Assembly (NCBI RefSeq): GCF_001194135.2
Contig: NC_069004.1
Location: forward strand, 4,205,951-4,269,950
Direction of reading: 5' to 3'
Origin: Octopus bimaculoides
Lineage: Eukaryota
Length of the DNA stretch: 64,000 nt
Part shown: positions 1-12,289 of the stretch, piece by piece
How the letters are laid out: each line of letters starts with the position of its first letter
Position numbering within the stretch: the first letter of the stretch is position 1
Translations under genes and position numbers: made by a program
The notes under the pieces: generated by a model
Databases searched by the model: none
The model's input: only the letters and a program-made list of their open reading frames with translations
Told to the model about the DNA's origin: nothing

Positions 1-149
1 TATATATATATATATATAGATATATATGTATTATGTATGTATAATATAATATGAATATAAATATATATATGTATATGTATATATGTATATATACATATAT
101 ATATACATATATACGTACATATATATATATGCACACACACATGTAAAGA

Positions 150-437
150 TGTGGCTGTGTGGTAAGAAGATTGCTTCCAAACGACATAGTTCCGGGTTCA
201 GTCCCACAGCGTGGCAACTTCGGTATGTGTCTTCTACTATAGCTTCGGGCCAACCAAAGCCTTTCGGATGGATTTGGTAGACGGAAACTGAAAGAAGCCC
301 ATTGTGTGTGTATGTATATATATATATATATATNNNNNNNNNNCGCGTTTCAACCGAAGTTATTATGTTTACGTCACTGAAACTCAACGGTTCGGGACAA
401 CAGACCGATAGAAGAAGCACTAGAATAAGTAAATTCC
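150..437 (+). mobile_element. SINE family 1 (tRNA-derived head + internal microsatellite + tail fragment)
   Basis: A-box-like TGGCTGTGTGG and B-box-like GGTTCAGTCC. The head ends at AAAGAAGCCC (300), then (TG/TA)n, a gap, and a degenerate tail (aacggttcgggacaacagaccgatagaag) matching the full copy at 59169-59592. Confidence 0.85.
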
Positions 438-462
438 TAATTAATGGAAAGTAAAGCTCTCT

Positions 463-495
<33 letters not shown>

Positions 496-648
496 GACGG
501 GCTTCTTTCAATTTCCGTCTACGAAATCCACTCACAAAGCTTTAGTCGGCCCGAGACTATAGTAGAAAACACTTGCCCAAGGCACTATGAATGGGGACTG
601 AACCCGGAACCATATGGTTGGTAAGCAAGCTACTTACCACACAGCCAC
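496..648 (-). mobile_element. SINE family 1 head
   Basis: Reverse complement reads gtggctgtgtggtaagtagcttgcttaccaacc...ggaaattgaaagaagcccgtc and abuts (TA)n. Confidence 0.9.
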
Positions 649-1196
649 TCATGCGCCTATACCACACTGCCACAGTTCGGAAAACGTCAAAGTAACAAAT
701 ATAATTTAAAGAACTTTATTTCGATATGACGAAGAGAAATCGGTAACATTCAGAATCGTCCTTCTATTTCTGATGTGCGGTGTAATTATACACATGCCAC
801 TTGTGGTTGATGTTCAGTGGGACATTTTCTCCTCATGATTTTTCGAAATTTCAGCGAAGCATTATGGCAGACCAACTGGACTATCATTAAATATATCTTA
901 CCGAAGAATCTAGACAGCTGACATTACCAAAAATCTTGGCTGTTGACATTAGAGAATTTAAACCGCTGATATTACTTTGAAGACTTGGTATTTGATACAA
1001 GAATTTATTTTATTATATTTGTTTATTTTTGTATTTCTTCCAATTATTACGCTGCAGCAATGCGGTGGGGGAGCGGGGTGGGGCACCATCTTGAAAAGTT
1101 TTCTCCATCGCATTGACTCAACGCTGATTCTTTTTACCGAAATGCTATTACGGATTCTCAGAAAGAACCTAACAAGAATTGTTAAGCGACAAAAGT

Positions 1197-1487
1197 AAAG
1201 AACGCAAAGACACACGAAATATCGCCAAGTATTTCGCCCGGCGTGCTAACGTTTCTTGTTTCTTTATTGCTCACGAGGGGCTAAACATAAAGGGGACAAA
1301 CAAGGACCGACAAAAGGGATTAAGTCACTTATATCGACCCCAGTGCGTAACTGGTACTTATTTAATCGACCCCGAAAGGATGAAAGACAAAGTCGACCTT
1401 GGCGGAATTTGAACTCAGAGCGTAGCGGTTGACTAAATACCGCTAAGTATTTCGCCCGGCGCGCTAACGTTTCTGCCAGCTCGACGC
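1197..1487 (-). mobile_element. SINE family 2, full copy plus a second tandem head
   Basis: Reverse complement: gagctggcagaaacgttagc head, GAGTTCAAATTCC B-box, gtcgactttgtctttcatcctttcggggtcgat central domain, tail ending caataaagaaac, then a second head aagaaacgttagcacgccgggcgaaatac (1257-1197). Confidence 0.9.
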
Positions 1488-2098
1488 ATTCCTATAGAAA
1501 AATATTACAATTAAATATTCTTTTCACCGACAGCATGTGAACAGTTAATTATACGATTGCTTATATTGTAAGGTCCACACCTTATTGCAGCATGGTGTCT
1601 TTTCATATTATAAACGTCGTCTTGCGGTTCATTGTTCACCTTGTATTTAAAATTACTTTCTTTTTTTTTCTACCAATTCCACCTCAGGTCTTATTACAGA
1701 CGAAATATCAAAAGTTGTTTCTTATTCACTCTAGATTTGCTTTATTAATTCGGTTTTATTAATCCGTGATACACACACACACACGCACGCACACACACAC
1801 ACACGAACATATATGTATGTGTGCGTGTCTGTCTGTGTGATTGTGTATTTGCGTGCGTATATGTAATTGTACATGTATATAATATATACACTAATATATA
1901 ATGCCAAAAACCTGGCCATCATTCGCGAGCGAGTGGAATGTAGAAGCAATAAGTCTATACATACATACTTACATACATACATGCATAAATACATAGAAAC
2001 ATACATACATGCATACATACATACTTACATGCATACATGCATAAATATCCAAACAGCTTAAATGTACCAGTCTCCGATATCCAAGTGGCTAAGAACTA

Positions 2099-2245
2099 TC
2101 AGCAGAAGGACACCCTGGAATCATGACCTGTATGTGGCGCGGGCCGCATGCAGATGTAAGAATTTAAGAGCCGAAACAATTGCCTGAGCAGGGTTTCTTC
2201 TCTGAAGATTTTCTGTTGTTCAGCTCTGTTGAGAGTTTCTTGTTT
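2099..2245 (-). CDS. Candidate exon, IP3R/RyR (RIH-domain)-like motif
   Basis: Strong acceptor ttaattttctccgattactctAG. Phase-0 frame KQETLNRAEQQKIFREETLLRQLFRLLNSYICMRPAPHTGHDSRVSFC* resembles IP3R [21 protein letters not shown] (recalled). Only weak donors precede the stop. Confidence 0.25.
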   Translation of the reverse strand, partial: KQETLNRAEQQKIFREETLLRQLFRLLNSYICMRPAPHTGHDSRVSFC

Positions 2246-2254
2246 CTAGAGTAA

Positions 2255-2990
2255 TCGGAGAAAATTAACTTCAATAATCAACCAAATTACATTAATTTAG
2301 CACCTGTATAGTAAAGGATAGCTTTCCATAGATCTGAAAATCATGCTAGTCACAGACAATGTTGAAATGTGCGTATATATGTATGGAGCAATCTCATCAA
2401 ACACACTGCAGTAATTTAACACTTATAAAATAAAATATAGTGTTTTATAGTTTCTTTGTTCCGAAAAATATACTGTTCATAGAACTGTGTGTGGATATAT
2501 GTACATCATTCGGAGATAATTAGTGTTATTTATTAACGTAACTACACTAATTTAACAACTATTTAGAATATAATATTCTCACTGTCCTGAAAAGTATGCT
2601 GGTGAGAAAAAATCCTAAACGGAGTATGTATCGTATTCGGAGATAATTAACCTTTTTGGCAACCAAGTCACGCTATTTTAACACCTATATAGTATAAGAT
2701 AGCATTTCATTGTACCAAAATGTATGCTAAGAGAGAGACAATCTTGAAATGTGTGCGTACATAACTATAGCATTCAGAGAAACTGGTGTTATTCATGAAC
2801 CAAACTACAATAATTCAACGGCTATGTAATGTAAAATAGAGTTTCAGTGTTCTGTAAAATATGATAGTGGTAGACAATCTTCAACTATGTGTGTGCATAT
2901 GTGCAGAGCAGTTGAAAAAATGAATGTTATTTATCAACCTAAGCATACTAACTTAGTATCACCTATATTTACTATATTTTTAGCGTGGCT
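2255..2990. repeat. Diverged tandem array, ~130-bp unit, ~6 copies
   Basis: Anchor aattt(a)(g/a)cacct recurs at 2294, 2413, 2549, 2675, 2812 and 2950. The motifs ttcggagataatta and gacaatcttgaaatgtg also recur. Confidence 0.75.
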
Positions 2991-3826
2991 TATTGTCATC
3001 TTTATCACGTCATTATTAACATGTTGCTATATTATATCCTCTGTCACCGCTATTGTGTTCACATTTCTAAAGACGTATTCTTGCTTCCTTTACCAAAGTG
3101 TCGTTGTCAGCATACTGTCTGTAATGATTGTGTGCTATTTTACTCTCAGAGCTTAATCTGCATACTGTATTAATAACACAATATAGAAAATATAAATAAA
3201 AAAAAATAATTATAATAATAAAATTTGTACAACGTTTTGTTGTTATGCCAAAATGACGGTTATTATTTATTCTTCTGTTGCTCATGTAGCTTTTTCTTTG
3301 TTGTTCTTGTTTTAGTTTCAGCGTGTTGTTGTTTTTTTTTATTTATTTATTTTCTTTTTCATTTAATCTTGCAATCAATTTCGTTTTGAGAGGAATTTTG
3401 TGTGACAGAATCTATGTTCATAGCGGATATAATTATCGTTAGAATACTTTTGCAGATATTCCGTCTCAATTATCCTGAAATTACTCTATTCATATGCAAA
3501 TGATCTATTTCGTTCATTTAACACCTCGTACTAATTTTTATATTAGTTTTTCTCAATTTTTTGATGTTGCCGTTGTTATTACTATTACTATTATTATTAT
3601 CATCACCACAACCACTATTATTATCAATATTTTTATTATTATTATTTTCATTATTTTTATAGACTTTTTGTTTTGTTCTGCTGTTTGAATCCTCCTTGTT
3701 CGTCTTCGTATTCAATTCTTTTCTTTTCAGTAGAAGAAAATAACCAGTTGTATAATAACCGATTATAAAAGCTCTCTTCTACTTCGTTGTTTTATTATTT
3801 TCTTACTTTTATATAGTTTTTCTTCC

Positions 3827-3904
<78 letters not shown>

Positions 3905-4262
3905 GTTGTTGTTGTTGTTATCTTATTTTTCATTTCTATTTATTTATTTATTTTTTGATAATTTGTTTGCGACACAAATCACACAATATCGTTAATTACA
4001 AGGCTGCTGCATATCGTAAGCAAGCACTGATAAACGCAGTAGAATCCCCCACCACACAAAAAACAACAAAAAAACAAACAAAAACAAACAAAAAACAAAA
4101 CAAAACAAAACAAAACAAGCAAACAAGCAACCAAACCAAAATGATAAATATATATATATGTACAACATTTACACATCTTCAACTTTCTTAAGAGAAACTC
4201 ACTCACGTACAGAAACTCGTACACAAATATCTGTCCATGTATTAACAATCATCCATGTACGC

Positions 4263-4343
<81 letters not shown>

Positions 4344-4711
4344 AAAAGAGAAAATAGACAAATAGAAGCGTACACACATATATATACGCATATATAATGC
4401 AGTAATTGTATTGACTAGTAAGTCCAGTTAGTTCTTGCTTGTGCTTTTGGAGTTTTGCAGCAAATATCGAAATGTTATTATGGTTTTCTGCTATAGTCTA
4501 ACAATGTATTCTTCATTGGTACATGCATTCAACATGTCTTCAAATGGATATAAATATTTTCGAAGTTTCTTCTACACACATGGATATATTTAAAACCAAC
4601 TCGAAATAGCTACCAAAGACGTTCACCTGGATGAATGAATGATCTACATAGAAGGCATCTAGAGTCACGAGAGAAAATGAATTCAGCTTAACACGACAGT
4701 ATAAGCACGCA

Positions 4712-4742
<31 letters not shown>

Positions 4743-4829
4743 GAAGGAAAGGTGAGCATTCAATACGGTTTTGAATTCTTTATCTCCCAATCAGAGTTCC
4801 ATGTCAATATGTGTAAATGCACAAAGACA

Positions 4830-4938
4830 GTGAGGTGGAAGAATCGCTAGCATGCCGGACAAAATATTTAGAGGGATATCGTCCGTCTTTAAGTTGTGAG
4901 TTCAAATGCAGTCGTGGTCAGCTTTGCCTTTCCTCATG
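4830..4938 (+). mobile_element. SINE family 2 head, degenerate
   Basis: gaagaatcgctagcatgccggacaaaatatttag...gagttcaaatgcagtcgtggtcagctttgcctttc matches the family 2 head; truncated by a gap. Confidence 0.75.
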
Positions 4939-5411
4939 TNNNNNNNNNNNNNNNNNNNNNNNNNNNNNNNNNNNNNNNNNNNNNNNNNNNNNNNNNNNNN
5001 NNNNNNNNNNNNNNNNNNNNNNNNNNNNNNNNNNNNNNNNNNNNNNNNNNNNNNNNNNNNNNNNNNNNNNNNNNNNNNNNNNNNNNNNNNNNNNNNNNNN
5101 NNNNNNNNNNNNNNNNNNNNNNNNNNNNNNNNNNNNNNNNNNNNNNNNNNNNNNNNNNNNNNNNNNNNNNNNNNNNNNNNNNNNNNNNNNNNNNNNNNNN
5201 NNNNNNNNNNNNNNNNNNNNNNNNNNNNNNNNNNNNNNNNNNNNNNNNNNNNNNNNNNNNNATCGACACTAGGTAGTTGAGTTTATTTTTCTTTTGAAGT
5301 CTGACACTTATTCCATCGTTAAATTTTACCGAAATGCTAGGTTATATGGACGTAAGTAAACCAATGCTGGTTGTCAAGCGGTGGATGGAGGACAAACAGA
5401 AAAATAAAACA

Positions 5412-5458
<47 letters not shown>

Positions 5459-5504
5459 ACACACTCACACACTTACACATATACATATACACTTGTATAC
5501 AGAG

Positions 5505-5643
5505 AGAGGCTTACACACAATTTCTGCCTACCAAATCCATTGTGAACGTTTTGATCACCCCGGGGTTTTAGTAGATGACACTTGCTCAAAGTGCACCGCA
5601 ACAGGACTGAACTCGGAACATCCCTTTCAACCACACAGCCATG
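5505..5643 (-). mobile_element. SINE family 1 head, degenerate
   Basis: ctaccaaatcc...tagtagatgacacttgctcaaagtgc...ggactgaactcggaac...accacacagcc matches family 1; next to (CA)n. Confidence 0.75.
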
Positions 5644-6189
5644 CAGGTTAAAACAAAACAAAGCAAATTATTTAAATATATTGATACTTACCATTTAAAT
5701 ATTATAACAACAATGCTTATATATTTTTCTCGTTTGCTAAAATCGATTTATAAAATGTTCTTAAAACTATGTAAATATCTCCCCCTATATTTTCATAATT
5801 ATATCTTATTCTTGGTATATGAATATTTGTTGTTTATTTTTATACGCGCGATTCTCATCGTTTGCTATTGTTTTTCTTTTTTTTTTTATCGGTTTTCAGA
5901 GTTTTATAATTTGGTTCTATTCTAATAATCAAAAGCCAATAAATAGTTATAAATATTTATTTCGAGGATTTATCTATTCGAAGATGCCACCTTTCGAAAT
6001 CAACCATAGAAAATATAAAGCGATAGCTAACGCAATATAGTCGCAAACATTATCAAAACTTCGACAAAAACTAAAAGTCTAAACACCAATGAACATTATA
6101 TTCTGATACACTGAGCAACAGGTTTCTACTATGCTTGGGGAAAGGAACTTAGACACTTATTTAAAGGGACATGGAAAGGTGTCATGCTT

Positions 6190-6600
6190 ATTTATTACGG
6201 ATGAATGGACACTTGGGAAACCATATATTCCTGCCTTGAAAAAGTTATTTTCTTTTGAAGCTATAAATTCTTCAAATGTTATGATTGCTTCTTTTTTTTT
6301 TGCATACATTTTGTTACGGATGTAAAGCTCAGAATGGTGTGAAAATGACAAATCTGGAGAATGAGCCAATATTTCATAATTAGGCTTTCGTAATTATGGT
6401 TTGATCTGATTTTCAGTATGCGATCTGGCATTGTCATGCAGGATTATCGACTCTTGTCTGTGTGTCAATGCCGGATGTTTCCCAGCTAATTTGGAATTCA
6501 TTCCCTCAATTTGCTGGCGGCAAGATTGGGATGTTAGTGTTCCTCATGGCTATAGAAACGAATTATGGACAATTCCTAGACAGTAACACCAAGCAGTAAC
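6190..6600 (-). pseudogene. Mariner transposase remnant (C-terminal catalytic region)
   Basis: Hand translation VTAWCYCLGIVHNSFL*P*GTLTSQSCRQQIEGMNSKLAGKHPALTHRQESIILHDNARSHT...EILAHSPDL...FEEFIASKENNFFKAGIYGFP matches mariner GIVHYEFL / LLHDNARPH / YSPDL / FFxxGIxxLP motifs, with stops and deletions. Confidence 0.85.
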
Positions 6601-7621
6601 TATTACAGACGAGAAAGTAATATTTCGAACGCAGTAGAGACGTAAAAACAGCAGAATGATTGCGCATTTACCCTTATATGACAGAAGAAAGAAGTTGCAA
6701 GTAAACAGCAAAATGTATTTAGCGATTAATTTGGCGAGGTTTCGGTCAGTTTAGCTAAATGGTAGCGTAATCAGCTTGTATTTGGTAGGTGTGGGTTGGT
6801 GTCCTATGGCTGTCTACCAGTAACTTTATCCCGTCATATAAGGGCAAAAGACCCAATCTTTCTGATANNNNNNNNNNNNNNNNNNNNNNNNNNNNNNNNN
6901 NNNNNNNNNNNNNNNNNNNNNNNNNNNNNNNNNNNNNNNNNNNNNNNNNNNNNNNNNNNNNNNNNNNNNNNNNNNNNNNNNNNNNNNNNNNNNNNNNNNN
7001 NNNNNNNNNNNNNNNNNNNNNNNNNNNNNNNNNNNNNNNNNNNNNNNNNNNNNNNNNNNNNNNNNNNNNNNNNNNNNNNNNNNNNNNNNNNNNNNNNNNN
7101 NNNNNNNNNNNNNNNNNNNNNNNNNNNNNNNNNNNNNNNNNNNNNNNNNNNNNNNNNNNNNNNNNNNNNNNNNNNNNNNNNNNNNNNNNNNNNNNNNNNN
7201 NNNNNNNNNNNNNNNNNNNNNNNNNNNNNNNNNNNNNNNNNNNNNNNNNNNNNNNNNNNNNNNNNNNNNNNNNNNNNNNNNNNNNNNNNNNNNNNNNNNN
7301 NNNNNNNNNNNNNNNNNNNNNNNNNNNNNNNNNNNNNNNNNNNNNNNNNNNNNNNNNNNNNNNNNNNNNNNNNNNNNNNNNNNNNNNNNNNNNNNNNNNN
7401 NNNNNNNNNNNNNNNNNNNNNNNNNNNNNNNNNNNNNNNNNNNNNNNNNNNNNNNNNNNNNNNNNNNNNNNNNNNNNNNNNNNNNNNNNNNNNNNNNNNN
7501 NNNNNNNNNNNNNNNNNNNNNNNNNNNNNNNNNNNNNNNNNNNNNNNNNNNNNNNNNNTATATACACATATATGTTCTTATATACATATACATACATACA
7601 TACATACATACATACACACAC

Positions 7622-7656
<35 letters not shown>

Positions 7657-8109
7657 TTACTGTAATTTAATGACTTGGAGTAATGAAGATGACGTAATTA
7701 AATTTCATAGTTCGAAGAATGACATAGCTTCTAATGTTAAAAGAAGCAGCTAGTATTATCGGGAATACAATGTTTGATTGGAGCTCTATCCTGCATAGAT
7801 GCGGCTACACGATAATGACGTGAGAAGTAAAGCACTGACTAACAGATAGAATTATTTTAAACCGTCAACGGAAGTATAATTATATAAATATATGGGATGC
7901 TAACTGCAAAGAATTTAAGAAAATAAATATTACGGATTTAATAATATAAACTTCGGAAGAAAAATATAATCCTATCACATTATGGCATAGCTACATAAAA
8001 GATAAGTCAAATACAATATCATGTAAATAATGACATGTTTGATGTATTTATAGCATTCTCACAAGGATCTAGCCAAGAACACAGAAACGCTTTTAAAATT
8101 CGTGTTGTT

Positions 8110-8400
8110 ATATGATGTTCTCCTTTCCGGAATTTCTTTCTGTTTTAGTTGGGAATGATTGGCGAATAGTAATCCTTTGCCTCTGCCGTGTCCAGTAACA
8201 TGTTTTTCCTGTCATTTGCAAATGCTTCGTTTTATTTACTATACTCCATTTAATTTCGTAGGGTGTATTGTTGTGCTCTAGTCACCATATATAAACAGAC
8301 AACGTCGCAGCCTTCCTCCTTCATGAGTTTCACGCAGAGTCCTATTCGCTGATGTCAAAGTACTTTAAACTTGTTAGCAGTTTACTCGTAAACTTCACTA
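8110..8400 (-). mobile_element. Penelope-like element remnant (GIY-YIG endonuclease C-terminal part)
   Basis: Translation ATLSVYIW*LEHNNTPYEIKWSIVNK resembles the Penelope motif TLSKYIWELKDxxxPYNIKWSI. Confidence 0.7.
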
Positions 8401-8517
8401 GCAATCTTTGTTATTGGGGTTTTGCGAAGCGTTATATATACTCTGGTCTTAGATTCATAATTCTATATTTCTGAGCTGAGGAGTCAAAATGAAAACACCA
8501 CTCCGAGTAATATATAA

Positions 8518-8612
8518 GATAAATAGGTACCAGCTGTGCACTGGAGTCGATATAATCGACTTCCCCTTCCCCCAAATTTCTGGCCTTGTGCCAAAATCTG
8601 AAACCAATAATT
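8518..8612 (+). mobile_element. SINE family 2 3' part
   Basis: gataaataggtaccagctgtgcactggagtcgatataatcgactt...ggccttgtgccaaaatctgaaacc matches the family 2 central and tail sequence. Confidence 0.7.
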
Positions 8613-9299
8613 AGGCTAAACTAGAAACTGAACTATATCATTACTCGATCCTCATTAAGTAATTAAGGATTTATTTAAGTAATATAAGTTGATATTAGGT
8701 AAATCCTTAATCAAAGTGCTAATTAATTGGCAAGCAAATCAATTATTTATTTACTTAAGCTACTTAATTAAATTAATTGATCTGCTTATGCAATAACATC
8801 GCATGATAGAGAGGTCGAAGGAAGTATCACCATGAGCAACCATGAATAGCTGTTAGTTTGAAACAGGAGTATAAGCTGCAATAGTTTCTAACTGTACATC
8901 ATCCAAAATCTGTTAATTTTAGACTTAAAACATGCTAAATACACATCGAACTTTTGTGATTGATATCCTACTAAAATAAACCAAATTTTGAAATGGAATT
9001 GATAGGGGGAGAGTGTCACTGAAGTATCATATAACTTAATGAAGTTGCTTAATTCAGTCAAAGAAATGAAACACACGCAAGGAATTTAAACAGTGTCTAT
9101 TTCTTCGTTGCTTTAAGAGTTTTTCTTTCAAATCAAACAAGTCATCAGGAATATCATATCTGGTGGAATTCTGCAAGGTAAGAATATTGTGGGGATATAT
9201 ATATGCATAAATATATGCTTACATACTTATATATACATATATATGTGTGTGTGTCTATACAACGGGATTCCACGCAGTTTCCTTCCCAGAAGTTATTCG

Positions 9300-9418
9300 T
9301 CGCTCCGGGGCTACAGTAGAAGGCACTCGTCTAAGGTGTCGCGAAGAAGACACTCGTGTAAATTGGCTGAAATCACGTGGCTGCAAAGCAATATTCTAAA
9401 CCATACAACCACGCCTGT
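9300..9418 (-). mobile_element. SINE family 1 head, very degenerate
   Basis: ccggggctacagtagaaggcactcgtctaaggtg...aaccatacaaccacgcc. Confidence 0.55.
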
Positions 9419-9839
9419 GCCTAGAAAGAAAAATAAATGAATATGTAAATAAAAAGAAATAACTCAGTATTATATAAGCAGGTAGGTTTACAATCAATTA
9501 CGAAACTGGCAATAAATATGAATGACCAGACGTTTGAATTTGGGGAATAATTCACTTTAATTTATTGGAGTTAAATCATGTTAAAACATATATCCGTCGT
9601 GCGTGATTGATCTCCTGCTAAAATGGAATAAATTCTGAAATAGAAATGGGGAGGGTGTCGGACGGAAGGTGGGAGAGGTTTGGAAATTTCAGTGGAAATA
9701 TTCGGATGAACGACAGGAAGATAAAGTGATAGAGAGAAAGAATTGAAATTTATGCATATATGTGCAAATAGACGCATGCGCGTTGCACCCACACACTACA
9801 TATAAATATACATACATACATGCATACATAAATAAATAA

Positions 9840-9872
<33 letters not shown>

Positions 9873-11290
9873 NNNNNNNNNNNNNNNNNNNNNNNNNNNN
9901 NNNNNNNNNNNNNNNNNNNNNNNNNNNNNNNNNNNNNNNNNNNNNNNNNNNNNNNNNNNNNNNNNNNNNNNNNNNNNNNNNNNNNNNNNNNNNNNNNNNN
10001 NNNNNNNNNNNNNNNNNNNNNNNNNNNNNNNNNNNNNNNNNNNNNNNNNNNNNNNNNNNNNNNNNNNNNNNNNNNNNNNNNNNNNNNNNNNNNNNNNNNN
10101 NNNNNNNNNNNNNNNNNNNNNNNNNNNNNNNNNNNNNNNNNNNNNNNNNNNNNNNNNNNNNNNNNNNNNNNNNNNNNNNNNNNNNNNNNNNNNNNNNNNN
10201 NNNNNNNNNNNNNNNNNNNNNNNNNNNNNNNNNNNNNNNNNNNNNNNNNNNNNNNNNNNNNNNNNNNNNNNNNNNNNNNNNNNNNNNNNNNNNNNNNNNN
10301 NNNNNNNNNNNNNNNNNNNNNNNNNNNNNNNNNNNNNNNNNNNNNNNNNNNNNNNNNNNNNNNNNNNNNNNNNNNNNNNNNNNNNNNNNNNNNNNNNNNN
10401 NNNNNNNTATATATATATATACATATATATTTAAATATACATATACACGTGTATATATATACGTGGGTTTGTGTGTGTATAATACAAGAAGATAGAGAGA
10501 ACAGGTTTTAATCACAAATCACAACAATTGTTTCTGTGCAACAGTAACCGCTGTTAATTGGTATTTCACTTCTTACACATATTATATATATATATTACAT
10601 AAATTTGATTCAGCAATAACTGTGTACTCGAACGTCATCAGGCTTGTTGCTTTGAGAGCACTGGTATTTCTGGTGCATATGGTAACCGACAATCTTAAGA
10701 TGAACTTCGAACTGCTCGGTATGAGGTTATTACTCAGATGGTATTAAATATGTTTGCATATATATATATATATGTGTGGAAAAACATATGTACAAACATT
10801 CAAGCAATTATGAGGAGCACATAACAAAACTTACGTAACTACAGATTGAAGTGGGGAAAAGTCGACAGGAATGAAAATGGAATAAATAGCTGCTTAATCA
10901 GTTACTAATAACATAAATAGTGATGCTAATGGACTGAGGCATTTAGGTAGGTTATAGACATTGTAACAAGATCAAAGGTCTTTATGTAGATGATTCAAAT
11001 TTGTATGTATAGGATTTTAGCTGGAGACGTCTAATAGCTTTATATGTGTGCAAAGCCAGTTAAATACACAGTTTAGCTAAAATATGCAGTATTATTGATT
11101 GCAGTAACAGATTAGTTTGAAATAATTATGAGGTTGAAATATTTTATGGTAGATATGAATTAATTGTTTGAATACGTGCCTTAGCATTGGCATTCATAAA
11201 TATATATGTTTGTGCATGCATTATGTAGACGCATATAAATTCCTGGCGTATCTACATATCTGCTCGAAATCTTGTAAAGTNNNNNNNNNN

Positions 11291-11324
<34 letters not shown>

Positions 11325-11711
11325 TTATAGATATATACTATATATATGTACATAATTATAAATTTATATGTATGCATGTATGTGTATGTGTGTGGGCATG
11401 TGCTGTGTATGTATATGTGTGCGTGTTTGTGTGTGTTTGTGTGTGTGCGTGTATGTGTGTAGGCATCCGCATAGCTCAAAAGAAAGTTATGCTCATACAC
11501 TTGAATATTTCTATGTACTACCGCGTTCTGTACTCGAGTTTGAGTATATCACTATTTTCATAAGTAGCGATGTCTATACAGGAGAGTGTGTCTCTGTGTG
11601 TAAATTTTATGTATCACTACATACACATACATGCATACACACACACTTACGTACATATATACATGCATACATACAAACCTACATAAATATATAAGTATAT
11701 AAGTATATAAG

Positions 11712-11792
<81 letters not shown>

Positions 11793-11794
<2 letters not shown>

Positions 11795-11865
11795 GATGGG
11801 AGTCTTCCAGTTTCTGACCACCAAATCCACTCACAAAGCCTTGGTAGGCCCGAGGCTAAAGTAGC
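11793..11865 (-). mobile_element. SINE family 1 head fragment
   Basis: accaaatccactcacaaagccttggtaggcccgaggcta directly after (CA)n. Confidence 0.8.
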
Positions 11866-12289
11866 TATGGTAGCTATTTTCGTTTTTATTATGTAACCTT
11901 TTAATAAAATTACTTAAATAAGAGCAATTAAACTTACGTATGACTACCAATTTCTTTGAAATTACAGTCTGAATAACTGAATTTGTTTTCTTTGTTCTAG
12001 AAAAGTTTCGTCCCTTTATACTGACTATGGACGTAGCTTAGTTTTGTGCAGCCGTAGCTCACTTTAATGGTATTTTTATTAAATGCTTTGTGATAGTTCC
12101 GGTCTGATTATTTCGCAATTTATTCCTGCTGCAATTTTTTTGTTGGATTAGTATTAGCAGTACTTTAGTCACATCATCCATTAGGTTTGTTTCAAAAAAA
12201 GAAAGAAAAAAACTCTTTTAAGTTTCAAGCTCTTGGTCCTACTACCATTTGATAATGGAACAGATAATGTTTTATCCTGGTTAGTGTGT

